Below, piece after piece: positions 19,554-29,581 of a stretch of DNA of 64,000 bases. How positions within the stretch are numbered: position 1 is the stretch's first letter; every line of letters starts with the position of its first letter. The DNA comes from Promethearchaeati archaeon SRVP18_Atabeyarchaeia-1 (GTDB lineage: Archaea > Asgardarchaeota > Atabeyarchaeia > Atabeyarchaeales > Atabeyarchaeaceae): the NCBI GenBank assembly GCA_037308085.1, contig CP147779.1, forward strand, positions 1,920,001 through 1,984,000, written 5' to 3'. The notes under the pieces are model-generated. The model was not told where the DNA came from. It was given only the letters and a program-made list of their open reading frames with translations, and made no database searches. The position numbers were made by a program, and so were the translations under genes.

Positions 19554-20297
19554 GTGATAGAGTTGGCCTCGGGGAAAATTGCGTTTATAGCTGGGGGAGG
19601 AAAACACGGCTCGGGTGCATTAAGGTACTTTTTGAAGCAGCCGGACTGGAAGACAATCGTTTGCGATGAGAGCAGCGGGTGCGAGGCGTCCGCATTCACG
19701 AAATCACAGCTCAAGTTTGAGGAAATGGGGGACAGCACTCAAATTGCGAGCCCAACACTAATAGTAGGCAACGCTGTGGGCGTCGCTCTCCGGTTTCTAG
19801 CGGAAGGGGTTGTCCCCAGAACAGTCATTCCCTGTGTTCCGTTTCACTTTGCAGCCAAAGTTCTGACAGGTTACTTAACTGGTAAAGGACTTAAAGTGCA
19901 GCCTGATTTCGAGCATCTCAAACGAGCATTCGGGGAAGCGCAGCTTGGTGGCGCTGAGTATAGGCTGGACTCGGGCAACGCCTTGGCTGTGGCAAGCAAG
20001 ATGCCTTTCGACCGGCTTTGCGCTCCAGGATGCAGGCAACCGAAGCTATGTCCTATGACAAGAAGAAGACTGGCTAGCCCAATGTACGAGCTGATTGAGG
20101 AGACATTGAATCGCGCCGGCGTCGACATTGTGAAGGTGCTTAGAAGCCGCCTGATCGCCTCAAACGTCGGTGGCTTCCAAGGGGAAGAGCTCAAAAGAAC
20201 TTTGGATCTCTGCGTCGAATCGGAGCCATGCACCATAGCACTGGCAACGTCGTGCAGCTGCCACGCGGCTGCAAACCTTTTCAGGATCGAAGGCTAG
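19554..20297 (+). CDS. Rossmann-like NAD(P)-binding protein with a Cys-rich C-terminal domain
   Basis: IAFIAGGGKHG; C-x3-C-x5-CP and ATSCSCH. Confidence 0.65.
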   Translation: MIELASGKIAFIAGGGKHGSGALRYFLKQPDWKTIVCDESSGCEASAFTKSQLKFEEMGDSTQIASPTLIVGNAVGVALRFLAEGVVPRTVIPCVPFHFAAKVLTGYLTGKGLKVQPDFEHLKRAFGEAQLGGAEYRLDSGNALAVASKMPFDRLCAPGCRQPKLCPMTRRRLASPMYELIEETLNRAGVDIVKVLRSRLIASNVGGFQGEELKRTLDLCVESEPCTIALATSCSCHAAANLFRIEG

Positions 20298-20420
20298 CCT
20301 GCCAAAGGATAGGAGGAGAATCTTCAAGGTGGCTTGGATTCTCGGCGGTGGCAGCACACGGCTGGGGCAAGAGAGAAAAGCCAGTGACTGGCTTATGAGG
20401 ATTGAACGAGAGGAAAGGGC

Positions 20421-20669
20421 ATGAAGTCGAGTAGTTACGTTAGAGGCATCTTTGCCAAGCTTCTGGCAATCATCTTGGTTGTCGTGGGTCTGGTTCTATT
20501 CTTCTATTCAGAGGACATTTCTCAGCAGAACGGGGCGCCGATTGAACTCTACTGGATTGTGTCGTGGATCCTTTTCATTGCGGGTATAATCATGTTTGCA
20601 GCAGCTGTGGTCATGCAGAGAAGAGCGGTACAGCGATTGAAAAGAGAAACTAGTAATATTCGCGTGTAG
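20421..20669 (+). CDS. Small 2-TM membrane protein
   Basis: Two hydrophobic helices; GAGG RBS. Confidence 0.6.
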   Translation: MKSSSYVRGIFAKLLAIILVVVGLVLFFYSEDISQQNGAPIELYWIVSWILFIAGIIMFAAAVVMQRRAVQRLKRETSNIRV

Positions 20670-20718
20670 AGCTTCTCCTTGGAAACCACTAACATCGCTT
20701 TGGCGTGCGCTTCTTCCT

Positions 20719-21423
20719 CTATGCCTGCGTGTCCTTCAGATAACTTCCGTAAAACCTCAAGGTTCTATCCCAAGCGTCTTTGGCAGCGTCAGGTCTATAG
20801 TTCTCTCGAGTGTTATTGAAGAAGGCATGCGGAGCCCCGGGATAGACCTTCACATCGAAGATCTTTCCATACTTCGTCAGAGTCTGCTTCAGGAGGCTGA
20901 TGTCGGACTCTGATATGCCATAGTCGGCCCCAGCATAATTGCCGAGAATCGGACACTGGACATTCTTCACCAAATCTATGGGGGATGGGTTCCTCCCATA
21001 GAAAACGACGGCGGCTGCAAGCTCGGCGTTGTGGCAGGCAAGCAGAATTGAGAGTCCTCCGCCCATGCAGAATCCTATGCTACCTATACGCTTAGGATTC
21101 ACAGAATCAAGGGTCTTGAGGTAATTGAATCCCCCAGTCAAGTCTCCCAGTATCTTCTCTTCGGAGAACCTCTGGCGCATTCTCATTCCGTCTTCTAGCT
21201 TTGAGACATGCTCACCTTCAAACAAGTCGACTGCCAGCGCAACGTAACCCTGCGCGCCAAGACTACTGGAAACGTCCTTGATGTGATCAACGAGACCCCA
21301 TATTTCATGAATAACGATTACGGCGGGATACTTAGCAGGCACCTTTGGCTTCACAAGGAAGCCCAGAGTTTTCCTCTTGCTGCTTCCGCCGGGAAACTCC
21401 ACCATAGAAGACAAGACTTCCAA
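20719..21423 (-). CDS. Dienelactone hydrolase family protein
   Basis: VIHEIWG, IGFCMGG nucleophile motif, YPGAPHAF. Confidence 0.92.
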   Translation of the reverse strand: MEVLSSMVEFPGGSSKRKTLGFLVKPKVPAKYPAVIVIHEIWGLVDHIKDVSSSLGAQGYVALAVDLFEGEHVSKLEDGMRMRQRFSEEKILGDLTGGFNYLKTLDSVNPKRIGSIGFCMGGGLSILLACHNAELAAAVVFYGRNPSPIDLVKNVQCPILGNYAGADYGISESDISLLKQTLTKYGKIFDVKVYPGAPHAFFNNTRENYRPDAAKDAWDRTLRFYGSYLKDTQA

Positions 21424-21483
21424 ATTGGACCAGATCCCCGCTGCAGAGGCTCTTCAAACTATGCCCTCATAACTATTCCTTGA

Positions 21484-21942
21484 TTGCCTGAAAAGACTAA
21501 AATAGGTTTCCAATGGATCACTTCATTCCCGAGAAGTAAGAGGAGCAGGAGAGCTTTGTCAGAAGTTGCCCAGCTTAAGGCTCGCATTGACGACGCAGCG
21601 ATGGACATTGAGAGAAGCTACGAGAACAGCTTAAAGTCCGTACGAGAGGCGAAAGAGAAGATAAATGACTTGGAGCTAAGCATCAGTCAGAAAGAACACT
21701 TGTCCCGCAAAGACTCACAAGCGCTGAGTTCCGCGATAGATAACCTTAACGAACTCACAGACTCCCTGATCCTAAGAAGCGGAAGAGTAGAGCAGGAGTA
21801 TGAGAGGCTGGAACAAGAATGCAGGACTCATATGCCTCAACCTGCTGGAATGGATAACTTGAGGGTTGTGTGCGGCAAGACGAGGGAGCTTGCAATGAAT
21901 CTGCTCTGTTTTTCACTGGCGCACTTCAAGCGAAAAGCATAG
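21484..21942 (+). CDS. Hypothetical coiled-coil protein
   Basis: Heptad-rich ORF; start uncertain. Confidence 0.5.
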   Translation: MPEKTKIGFQWITSFPRSKRSRRALSEVAQLKARIDDAAMDIERSYENSLKSVREAKEKINDLELSISQKEHLSRKDSQALSSAIDNLNELTDSLILRSGRVEQEYERLEQECRTHMPQPAGMDNLRVVCGKTRELAMNLLCFSLAHFKRKA

Positions 21943-22305
21943 CAGCCTCACTTCTTCGTGTTACTTCTTAGTCTACTTAACTCAGCTTTTCTCATCTTCT
22001 TCTTCAATGCTCTGGGCATCGCCCTTGCTCTCTCGCTTTCCCTTGCCTCCATGTCGACCATTCTACGGACCTCGAACGATTGTTCTGCCAAATCCAACTG
22101 CAGATACAACACAATACTACTATTTTTCTCTTCCTTCATATTACTAACCGATGAAAGACTGGTATGATCCGGATTGAAAGGGTATTCTGGAAAAGCTGGT
22201 AGGAGTCCTTGGAAAACTAAGCTCAATGCGGAGCTGGCGATTTACAGCCAAGTGTTTAATGAAGTGGATGCAAAGTCACGGCCGTAGTGAGAAGATGAAA
22301 AGTAA

Positions 22306-22518
22306 GTGGCGATCCATCCTCTAACCATCACCGTCATCTATTCCGAGGTCGAGATAGTTGTTGGATACTGTATCGTGCGCGCAATCAGAAGGATAAAGAA
22401 CCCGTTTATGCAACTCGCTATTTTGGTTGTCTCTGTTGTTGCTCTCCGGTATTTCCTGGTGAATATTCTGTTGCCGCGACTGGGTTTGCCAGCCTCGTTG
22501 GATTCGGAGCAAAGTTGA
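22306..22518 (+). CDS. Small membrane protein
   Basis: 70 aa with two hydrophobic stretches. Confidence 0.4.
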   Translation: MAIHPLTITVIYSEVEIVVGYCIVRAIRRIKNPFMQLAILVVSVVALRYFLVNILLPRLGLPASLDSEQS

Positions 22519-22555
22519 GATACTACATGAAGAATGCTGGTGGAGGAGATCTGAT

Positions 22556-23101
22556 ATGAGTAATTGCCCTAAGTGTGGTAGAGTAGTTGAAGATCTTGAC
22601 GTCTTCTGCAAATACTGTGGCGCGCGGTTAGTCGAAGTAACTGTTCCAGTCTTGGCGCCGTTGGCTCCCCCAGATGACCTGATCAAGGGTGTCATAGTCA
22701 GGAGGCTTGACGGCATCAAGAACAGAGATGAAACGGCCGTGAGAAGCATAATTGATGCGGGTAGGTACTCGAAATTTGATGATTGGCCTCCGTGGGGTAG
22801 ACAGGACGCGGAAACAGGCCTCAAAAATGAGTTCGGGGCATTCCAAGTCCTGAAGAACTACAATTATGATCTCACGAACTTCAAATTAGATGTGATGGGA
22901 GATGTGGCTGTCGCTACCTTTCAGTTTCACTATACAGGAGAAATGAGAAGTCAATCCTTCGACGTCAGCTCCAGAGTCACCACCATCTTGCTGAAGGAGG
23001 TTGCCGAATGGAAGATAATTCATGAGCATTACTCCAGAATGGGGGAAGGACAGACAGGTGGTGCAGGGCAACAGCAGAAGCGCCGACGCCGTTGGTTCTA
23101 G
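22556..23101 (+). CDS. Zinc-ribbon plus SnoaL/NTF2-like domain protein
   Basis: CPKCG...FCKYCG; GDVAVATF...WKIIHEHYS; GGAGG RBS. Confidence 0.85.
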   Translation: MSNCPKCGRVVEDLDVFCKYCGARLVEVTVPVLAPLAPPDDLIKGVIVRRLDGIKNRDETAVRSIIDAGRYSKFDDWPPWGRQDAETGLKNEFGAFQVLKNYNYDLTNFKLDVMGDVAVATFQFHYTGEMRSQSFDVSSRVTTILLKEVAEWKIIHEHYSRMGEGQTGGAGQQQKRRRRWF

Positions 23102-23331
23102 CACCAGAGCGACCGATCGAACGTAAGGCTCTGCCCCCGCTTCGAGCGCCCCTCCTGTAGAATGGTTGAATGATTCGTCTCGCTACATTAGGATCATCGT
23201 GTGCGACCATGGTTTGCCCTTCTGGAAACGAATATAAGAAACCGTACAATACTTGGTATCGTCATGAAAGAAACCCTCAACGGTATGAGAAAGAGAGACA
23301 GGGAAGATCTCAGGGAAGGTGAATTGGGAAA

Positions 23332-23673
23332 ATGTTTGATAAGCCGTTCAGTGTAGCCGTCATGGTTACCGATGCAGCCAAGGCGGCAAAATGGTTTGAG
23401 GAGAAGCTAGGATTCGAGACTTCGGTCAAGGGACACTGGGTCACAGCGTGGCCCAAGGGAAGCCAATGGAAACTCCACCTCTGCCAAGGAAAACCGGAGC
23501 CAGGAAATACTGGGATCGGTTTCTATTCGCAGGATGTTGAGAAGACGGTGGCAGAAATGAAGAAAGGAGGAGTCAAATTCACCCGAGACGTCACAAAAGG
23601 TGGCGGGGGCGCCACGGCCATGTTCGAGGATCCTGACGGCAACATCTTCTGGCTGAGACAGGGCGAACCATAG
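23332..23673 (+). CDS. VOC/glyoxalase family protein
   Basis: VAVMVTD..KAAKWFEEKLGF; FEDPDGN. Confidence 0.9.
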   Translation: MFDKPFSVAVMVTDAAKAAKWFEEKLGFETSVKGHWVTAWPKGSQWKLHLCQGKPEPGNTGIGFYSQDVEKTVAEMKKGGVKFTRDVTKGGGGATAMFEDPDGNIFWLRQGEP

Positions 23674-23890
23674 ATCCTGGTGTGCAGAAACGCAGTCAGC
23701 GCTGGTCGTCGGATGTGCGCTGCATTGTGGGCGCAAAATCTGGAACAGCTGCAAGCCTGCAGAAAGGGCCCGCTACATTTCCACCTCAGCATTAATGTAT
23801 TTCCACCATACCATTGGTCTTGCCGAAAAGGGCTGCCCAGCGCCGAGAGGTCCAGGATAGAAAAGCAGAACATAAGAGGCGAAAAGAGAA

Positions 23891-24046
23891 ATGGCAACCG
23901 CAAATGCACCTGATGAAGAGGAAAGGAAACTTCGGAAGAAAGAATTAAAGAAGAAGAGGAAGGCGGAAAACTGGAAAAGAAAAAGCCAGCAGCACGGCGC
24001 TGGAAAGATATCCAAGCAGAGCGCACAAGGGAGGTTGATGGAATAA
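23891..24046 (+). CDS. Small Lys/Arg-rich protein (51 aa), below the ORF-track cutoff
   Basis: MATANAPDEEERKLRKKELKKKRKAENWKRKSQQHGAGK...; stop lies 3 bp before the next start. Confidence 0.45.
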   Translation: MATANAPDEEERKLRKKELKKKRKAENWKRKSQQHGAGKISKQSAQGRLME

Positions 24047-24049
24047 GAA

Positions 24050-24325
24050 ATGAACATGAATTCAAAGAACATGGACATGACCGAAGCGAGATCGCCGAGA
24101 ACGTATGGCGTTCTTGGAATCCTGAGCGCTATTCTAAGTATACTGTTGCTTCCTGAGGTATTCGGTTCGGCTGCGATAATCCTGGGAGCGTATCAAATGA
24201 GAAAAGATCCGGACATTTCATTTGGGATGACAGTCGTGGTTCTCGGGATAATATGTATGTTGGCAGGAATATATTATACGGCCTATCCCCTGCTGATTAT
24301 GTTCTTCCCAGGGTTCGGGTTCTAG
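24050..24325 (+). CDS. Small membrane protein (DUF4190-like)
   Basis: YGVLGILSAILS..PEVFGSAAIILG...VVLGII. Confidence 0.7.
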   Translation: MNMNSKNMDMTEARSPRTYGVLGILSAILSILLLPEVFGSAAIILGAYQMRKDPDISFGMTVVVLGIICMLAGIYYTAYPLLIMFFPGFGF

Positions 24326-24485
24326 AGCTTTGCAACTCTCTTTGTCTGAGATGCTTCGCAAACCGGGCGGGGCAGGAAGATTGTGCCACACTTTGGGGTT
24401 GGTTTCCGCTGTGCTGGACTATGTGGTGGGATATTCCACCCGGGATTGTACAAACTCTGGGTCGAGAAGAGCTCTCCTCAGTCGC

Positions 24486-24857
24486 TCAGGCTATTGCATA
24501 AATCGTAATTATCTCGACAACCTGCCCCCACATATGAAAAGAGAGCATATTATGGAGTATTCGCGCCTCAAAGAACACTCTTAAGCCGTCGACTTGGAAC
24601 TCCTTGCGCAGCGCAGCACTGGGATCATAGTGATTTCCGTCGTCCGCAACTATTCCATAGAATCCCCCTTCAAAGCTGAGGAATCTAACTGTTCCTGTTC
24701 CAGACACAATGTCGCCCGAAGTCGTTCCTCGTGGGGCAGTCGCATTTGCGATGCTGGTGGCAGTTACTGCGATCGCTCCCGCCATTGTGAATGCGGTTAA
24801 AGCAAGCGTGGCAAAGCACAGCACTCTTTGTCGCGAGGGTATTCCATCCATCATCAT
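24486..24857 (-). CDS. Secreted small beta-barrel protein
   Basis: N-terminal hydrophobic helix; GTVRFLSFEGGFYGIVADDG..YDP. Confidence 0.7.
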   Translation of the reverse strand: MMMDGIPSRQRVLCFATLALTAFTMAGAIAVTATSIANATAPRGTTSGDIVSGTGTVRFLSFEGGFYGIVADDGNHYDPSAALRKEFQVDGLRVFFEARILHNMLSFHMWGQVVEIITIYAIA

Positions 24858-24940
24858 ACTAAACTCCTTGCCATGCATTGGGTTTCCAGGGTCCCAGGAT
24901 ATCCCTGACACCGATAGTATAAGCGTCCCGGACAACTTAA

Positions 24941-25182
24941 GGGTTTCAGCCTACGTGGTTATAGATGGGTATGCGCCGGCGTACCTGTCGCATTCCACGT
25001 AGGTTCTTGGGCTTCACCGCATCATGCATGTGCCTCACGGATTTATCGGGGACACTCTGCTCCGTGCCGTCAGGGCGTACCCGCCCCCAAGTTAAGACTG
25101 GATGCTTGCACCCCACCACCTCTCCTCGTGGGGAACGCCCTCCATCCTCAGGTACAGGCTGACTTTGGCGCTGAGCTACCTA
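24941..25182 (-). mobile_element. Orphan 3' end (omegaRNA region plus right end) of the IS607-type element at 49419-51296
   Basis: Aligns by eye to about 51056-51296 and terminates at the same TGAAACCC. Confidence 0.85.
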
Positions 25183-25395
25183 ATGATTGGGGGAGTTGCC
25201 AGCCGTCTCGCCTAGTTGATAACTTCACAATCACAGGAATTCTTATACGGTGCCATTATGCTTCTCATATCGATAATTCGGAGGGTGCACTGCTCTGTTT
25301 CCCGCGCTCTGGTGGTCAAACAGTAGCTAGTGGTCAAGACTGACGAGGTTGGAACAATACGGAGGAGTCGATCTCTGAGGGTTGGTGACTTTGGT

Positions 25396-25932
25396 ATGAG
25401 TTCGATCGTTCAGGTTAGGGTTAAGCGTATTTACGGGAATTGTAGCGGTTGCAGGAGATGCGAGATCGCCTGTGCGCTTTCTCACGAAGGGAGAACTTGG
25501 CCTGAAGCGTCGAGAGTAAGGGTCTTCATGTCCGTGCCAGGAGTTGAGATCCCTCACCTCTGCTTCCAGTGTGAGGATTACCCATGTGTCCAAGCGTGCC
25601 CAGTGGAGGCGCTGACCGTGAACAGCCGAACTGGAGCTGTGAAGGTCGACATTTCAAAGTGTAGCGCATGTGGTCAATGCATTGATGCTTGCCCAGGGCG
25701 CGTCCCGCATATGCATCCGGAGAAGAACCACATAGTCATCTGCGACCTGTGTGGCGGAAAGCCCAAATGCGCCGAAGCATGCCAAGAAGGCAGGTGGAAC
25801 GCCTTGGAGACTGTCCCAAGAGACAAGAAGGTTTCCTACAAAGCTTTGGCAAAGACGCCAGACCAGCTCACACGCGAAGTAGCCAGGCAGGTCCTAGGGG
25901 AAGACATAGCCAGGGAGGTTCTGGAAGAATGA
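25396..25932 (+). CDS. Polyferredoxin (multi-[4Fe-4S]) subunit partnering the AOR
   Basis: CSGCRRCEIAC, CFQCEDYPCVQACP, CSACGQCIDACP, CDLCGGKPKCAEAC; overlaps the AOR start (ATGA). Confidence 0.92.
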   Translation: MSSIVQVRVKRIYGNCSGCRRCEIACALSHEGRTWPEASRVRVFMSVPGVEIPHLCFQCEDYPCVQACPVEALTVNSRTGAVKVDISKCSACGQCIDACPGRVPHMHPEKNHIVICDLCGGKPKCAEACQEGRWNALETVPRDKKVSYKALAKTPDQLTREVARQVLGEDIAREVLEE

Positions 25933-27779
25933 GAGGTTACGCAGGAAAATACCTGGAAATAGACCTATCAAGTGGAAGCAGCAAGGAAGCAAAGTTTCCA
26001 GACGAAGTTCTGAAAGACTACGTCGGCGGAAGAGGGCTAGCCACGAAGATACTGTGGGATAGGCTTGGGAGAAAATGGGAGACAGTAGATCCATTCGGAG
26101 CAGAGAACATGATGCTTGTCATGACGGGCCCCCTGACCGGGTACATCCCTGGAACGAAAGTCTGCATCGCCGGAAAATCACCTCAAAGCAACGGGGTGAT
26201 AGGGTCAACCGTCGCAGGCGAGTTCGGAGTAGAGCTAAAATGCGCCGGATATGATGGCCTGATAATAGCTGGGAAAGCCGAGAAGCCAAGCTACATATTC
26301 ATATGCGACAACCACGTCGAAATCAAGGATGCCTCGCCAATATGGGGCAAAAAGGGAAGAGAAACCTACCGCTATCTGGTTGAGAAGTCAGTTGAAGACA
26401 TCAAGGCAATTAGGACAAACCACGGAGAAGTGAAGGAGCCCGCGATTCTCTATGCAGGACCAGCTGGAGAAAACAGGACCAGGGTCGCGGCGGTAATCTC
26501 AAAGTACGCGCACGCGGCCGGTTACGGCGGATACGGCGGAGTCATGGGATCCAAAAACCTGAAAGCAATAACCGCCAAGGGCTTCGGACCACTGCCAGAC
26601 GTTGAAGACAAGAAAACAGTGCAGCAAACGTACAGGGAATTCTCCAAAAGAAACTTCCAAATGGAGGGATGGAGGCGCTATGGTACTGGAGGAGGAGGCT
26701 ACACCACCGGAGCAGTGGATAGCTCAGAGCCAGTCAGAAACTGGCAGGAAGAATGGCACGACGAGAAAACCTACACGCGCGAAGAGTTCGATAAGCACTG
26801 GGTCAAGAAGTACTGGGGCGACTTCGGCTGCCCAGTCACATGCTTGAAACTTGCTGTACTAAAAGCCGGCAGATTCAAAGGAGCAGTGTGCGACAATCCA
26901 GACTATGAACTTGAAGCATTCCTAGGGGCAAACCTCGGAATATTCGACCCAGAACAGAACATCTACCTGTCATACCTAATCAATGAACTCGGTCTGTGCG
27001 GAATCCAAGGCGGATCAGCCCTCGGATTCGCGGCGAACCTCTACGAAAAAGGAATACTGACCAAGAAAGACCTTGACGGAATAGACCTCACCTGGGGAAA
27101 CGTCAAAGCCTTCGAAACCCTAGCAGAGAAAATAGCCACAAGGCAAGGGATCGGAGACACACTAGCCGAAGGTGTCTACAGAGCAGCCCTAAAACTCAGC
27201 AAATTGAAAGGCACGGATCTAATGAAATACGCCGTCCACTCGAAGGGTGTATCCATAGGGGCACATGGAATAAGAAGCGGGAAAGACTTCCTTACAAAGA
27301 ACATCAGCTACGCATGCTCAGTGCAAGGCGGAGACCACACATCTGCAACCAACCTGCCTCTTGACGACAGTGAGCTGTCCACCATCTTCGCTGATTCAGC
27401 AACCTACTGCTTCTTCACGACCTTCGGAATCGAAGACACAGAGCTATTCAAATTATACGAGGCAATAACCGGATGGAAGCTACCGGCCCAGGAATGGTAC
27501 AGTACAAAGGCTCTAAGGATACTGACCCTGCAGAGAACCATGCTGCTTCTGGGTGGGCCAGACGCGAAATGGAGACCAAGACTTGACGACGATAACCCAC
27601 CGAGATTCTGGGAACCGCTGCCATCAGGACCATACAAAGGAAAGAAGCTGAACAGAAAGAAGTTTGAGAGGGACAGGCTGGAATACTATGGCGCAGTCGG
27701 CTGGGACGAGAACGGGGTACCGACGCCTGAAACATTGAGAAGACTGGGCTTACAAGACTTGGGAGCGAAGCTCAAATAG
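25929..27779 (+). CDS. Tungsten aldehyde:ferredoxin oxidoreductase family, WOR5-like
   Basis: YVGGRGL, ELKCAGYDG, HAAGYGGYGGVMGSKNLKA, PDYE, GWDENGVP; resembles Pyrococcus WOR5 as recalled. Confidence 0.9.
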   Translation: MRGYAGKYLEIDLSSGSSKEAKFPDEVLKDYVGGRGLATKILWDRLGRKWETVDPFGAENMMLVMTGPLTGYIPGTKVCIAGKSPQSNGVIGSTVAGEFGVELKCAGYDGLIIAGKAEKPSYIFICDNHVEIKDASPIWGKKGRETYRYLVEKSVEDIKAIRTNHGEVKEPAILYAGPAGENRTRVAAVISKYAHAAGYGGYGGVMGSKNLKAITAKGFGPLPDVEDKKTVQQTYREFSKRNFQMEGWRRYGTGGGGYTTGAVDSSEPVRNWQEEWHDEKTYTREEFDKHWVKKYWGDFGCPVTCLKLAVLKAGRFKGAVCDNPDYELEAFLGANLGIFDPEQNIYLSYLINELGLCGIQGGSALGFAANLYEKGILTKKDLDGIDLTWGNVKAFETLAEKIATRQGIGDTLAEGVYRAALKLSKLKGTDLMKYAVHSKGVSIGAHGIRSGKDFLTKNISYACSVQGGDHTSATNLPLDDSELSTIFADSATYCFFTTFGIEDTELFKLYEAITGWKLPAQEWYSTKALRILTLQRTMLLLGGPDAKWRPRLDDDNPPRFWEPLPSGPYKGKKLNRKKFERDRLEYYGAVGWDENGVPTPETLRRLGLQDLGAKLK

Positions 27780-28097
27780 CCAAGTCTCGTCTCCCTTGAC
27801 TCATGTCACCTGACCGCCTGGGAAGAATGGGAAACGTGATTCCTCCCACGGGGAATATTGAGACTTCGGCCTTATCAACTCAGATAGTCTTCTTGCCCCG
27901 ATAGGCTGCTCGATAGCCCTCTTGATTTCTTTCTCCTCATCCGGCACCCGGGATGCAGACCTTGGCGCGGCAAACTTCAGAACCTACCACCCGTGCGGTA
28001 GGTCAAATCCTAGTCACCCCCCCACCGAAGGGAACCTCGAATCGCGCCATTCAGTGACCACCAACATGCTTTCCGATCAGATCAGTGAATTGAAGTT

Positions 28098-28235
28098 TCA
28101 TGGGAGTGGAAGCTCCTTATCGAGTTCCACGAAGTCCTTCCTGCCCTTCCTGACCTGCTCGAACCACCATGAGTCAGCCTTCGCTAGCTCCTTAGCCTTC
28201 TTGACTATCTTCTCGGCATGTTCGGGCGGGATCAC
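28098..28235 (-). pseudogene. C-terminal fragment of an RraA/HMG-aldolase-like gene cut off by the IS left end
   Basis: VIPPEHAEKIVKKAKELAKAD...VRKG starts exactly at the IS target tetranucleotide; no N-terminal part is seen. Confidence 0.5.
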
Positions 28236-29581
28236 AGTAGTCTTTGCGAGGAAGCCCACGCCCTTCAGGGGTGGGAGGAATCGCAGCGGCATGCCAGTTG
28301 TGAGCCTTAAATACCACCCACCCTGACGTCCTGTAGGGATACCATGAGAAAGTGCCTGCCCCTAAACCTCCTAAAGCCAACGGGGAAGAAGAGAAGAATC
28401 CTCAGGAAGACGTACGCCACGTACCTGGGAATTGTGAGGGAGGCGCTCTGCAGCCTTGGCGGCGCCAAGAGCAGGGCTCAACTCCACAACAAGACCTACA
28501 CGAGGCTCAGGGCGGAGCACAATATAGCATCCCAACTCGTGATTGAGGCAACAAGCCACGCGTGGAGCGCAGGGAAAACCGCGAGCAGAGGCGTGGAGGG
28601 GTGCATCGTCCGCTTCGACTCGCGCCTCTTCAGCTTCAGGCAAACCGAGAGAGGAAACCCTGTCCTAGCTCTGAGGACCAGCGCCGAGAGGATCGGCCTG
28701 CCGCTTTGTAGGGACGGCGCCTACCAGCGCCTCCAGGCACACCTCTTCCAAGGGTGGAAGCTGACCAGCATCATTATGAAGAGGAGCATGAGGTTCCTCG
28801 TCGTCCTCTCCAAGGAGATGCCCGCGTCTCAGGTGAGGCGCAACTGGCTGGGAGTGGATGTGAACAGCCCGAGGATCGCCACCTCTACCACAGGCCCAGA
28901 CTGCAGCGTCCTGAAGCAAGCCTACTACGGGATGGAGGTCGCCACAAGGCAGTTCAACTTCGAGAAGAGGCGTGCAGCACTCCAGCAGCTCAGGGACACC
29001 TCATCGAGAAGCAAGGCCGGACTAAAGCTTAAACGCCTCGCCAGGAGTCAGAGAAACTACGTGCGCACCAGCATCTGGCTCGTCGCCAACCAGATAGTGC
29101 AACAGGCAGAAGCACTCGGCGCAAACATCGCCATCGAGAAGCTGAGCCACCTCAGGAAGAGGCGGGGCGAGTGGAGCGCAGCGAGCCGCAGAAAGGTGAA
29201 CCGCACCCCCTACGGCTTCCTCAGACACGCCCTAAGACACGTAGCTGAGAGACGTGGTGTGCTGCTGGTTGAGGTTGATCCCAGGTACACGTCTCAGATG
29301 TGCCCCTACTGCGGGTACACGAGCAAGGCGAACTGGGTAGGCTACTCCTACTTCAAGTGCAGAGCATGTGGCTATGAGGCGAACCGAGACCGCGTTGCGA
29401 GCCTCAACATCGCCCTCAGGGCGGCCCAAACACAAGACACGTCCAGAGCCCACGAGATGGGCCAGTTTCCTGGGGGGAGCGCCTCCGTCAGTAGGCGCGT
29501 TTGGCAAGGTGAAGGGTTTGAAAGGCCGCGCCAGACAACCCCGAGTTGCAAGCCCACAAGCTTCAGCGGTGGGTAACTGAC
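28236..29581 (+). mobile_element. tnpB-only IS200/IS605 (IS1341-type) element, copy 1 (1346 bp); target TCAC, right end TGAC
   Basis: Homology with copy 2 starts at TCAC|AGTAGTC; LE hairpin GAAG-CCCAC..GTGGG; RE CAAG-CCCAC..GTGGG-TAACTGAC. Confidence 0.93.
28344..29576 (+). CDS. tnpB: TnpB RNA-guided nuclease (410 aa)
   Basis: LGVDVN, IAIEKL, CPYC/CRAC, NRDRVASLNI. Confidence 0.95.
   Translation: MRKCLPLNLLKPTGKKRRILRKTYATYLGIVREALCSLGGAKSRAQLHNKTYTRLRAEHNIASQLVIEATSHAWSAGKTASRGVEGCIVRFDSRLFSFRQTERGNPVLALRTSAERIGLPLCRDGAYQRLQAHLFQGWKLTSIIMKRSMRFLVVLSKEMPASQVRRNWLGVDVNSPRIATSTTGPDCSVLKQAYYGMEVATRQFNFEKRRAALQQLRDTSSRSKAGLKLKRLARSQRNYVRTSIWLVANQIVQQAEALGANIAIEKLSHLRKRRGEWSAASRRKVNRTPYGFLRHALRHVAERRGVLLVEVDPRYTSQMCPYCGYTSKANWVGYSYFKCRACGYEANRDRVASLNIALRAAQTQDTSRAHEMGQFPGGSASVSRRVWQGEGFERPRQTTPSCKPTSFSGG

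Noticed and set aside
25689-25928. Long N-terminal extensions on AOR (also on the XPB, MntA, GNAT, methyltransferase, HEAT and 44773 TnpB ORFs)
   Set aside because: Artefacts of longest-ORF calling; family similarity and RBS placement support later starts.
27940-28030. tRNA-like 3' motif GGTCAAATCCTAGTCACCCCCCACC
   Set aside because: Could not build acceptor, D and anticodon arms, and the T-loop lacks TTC.
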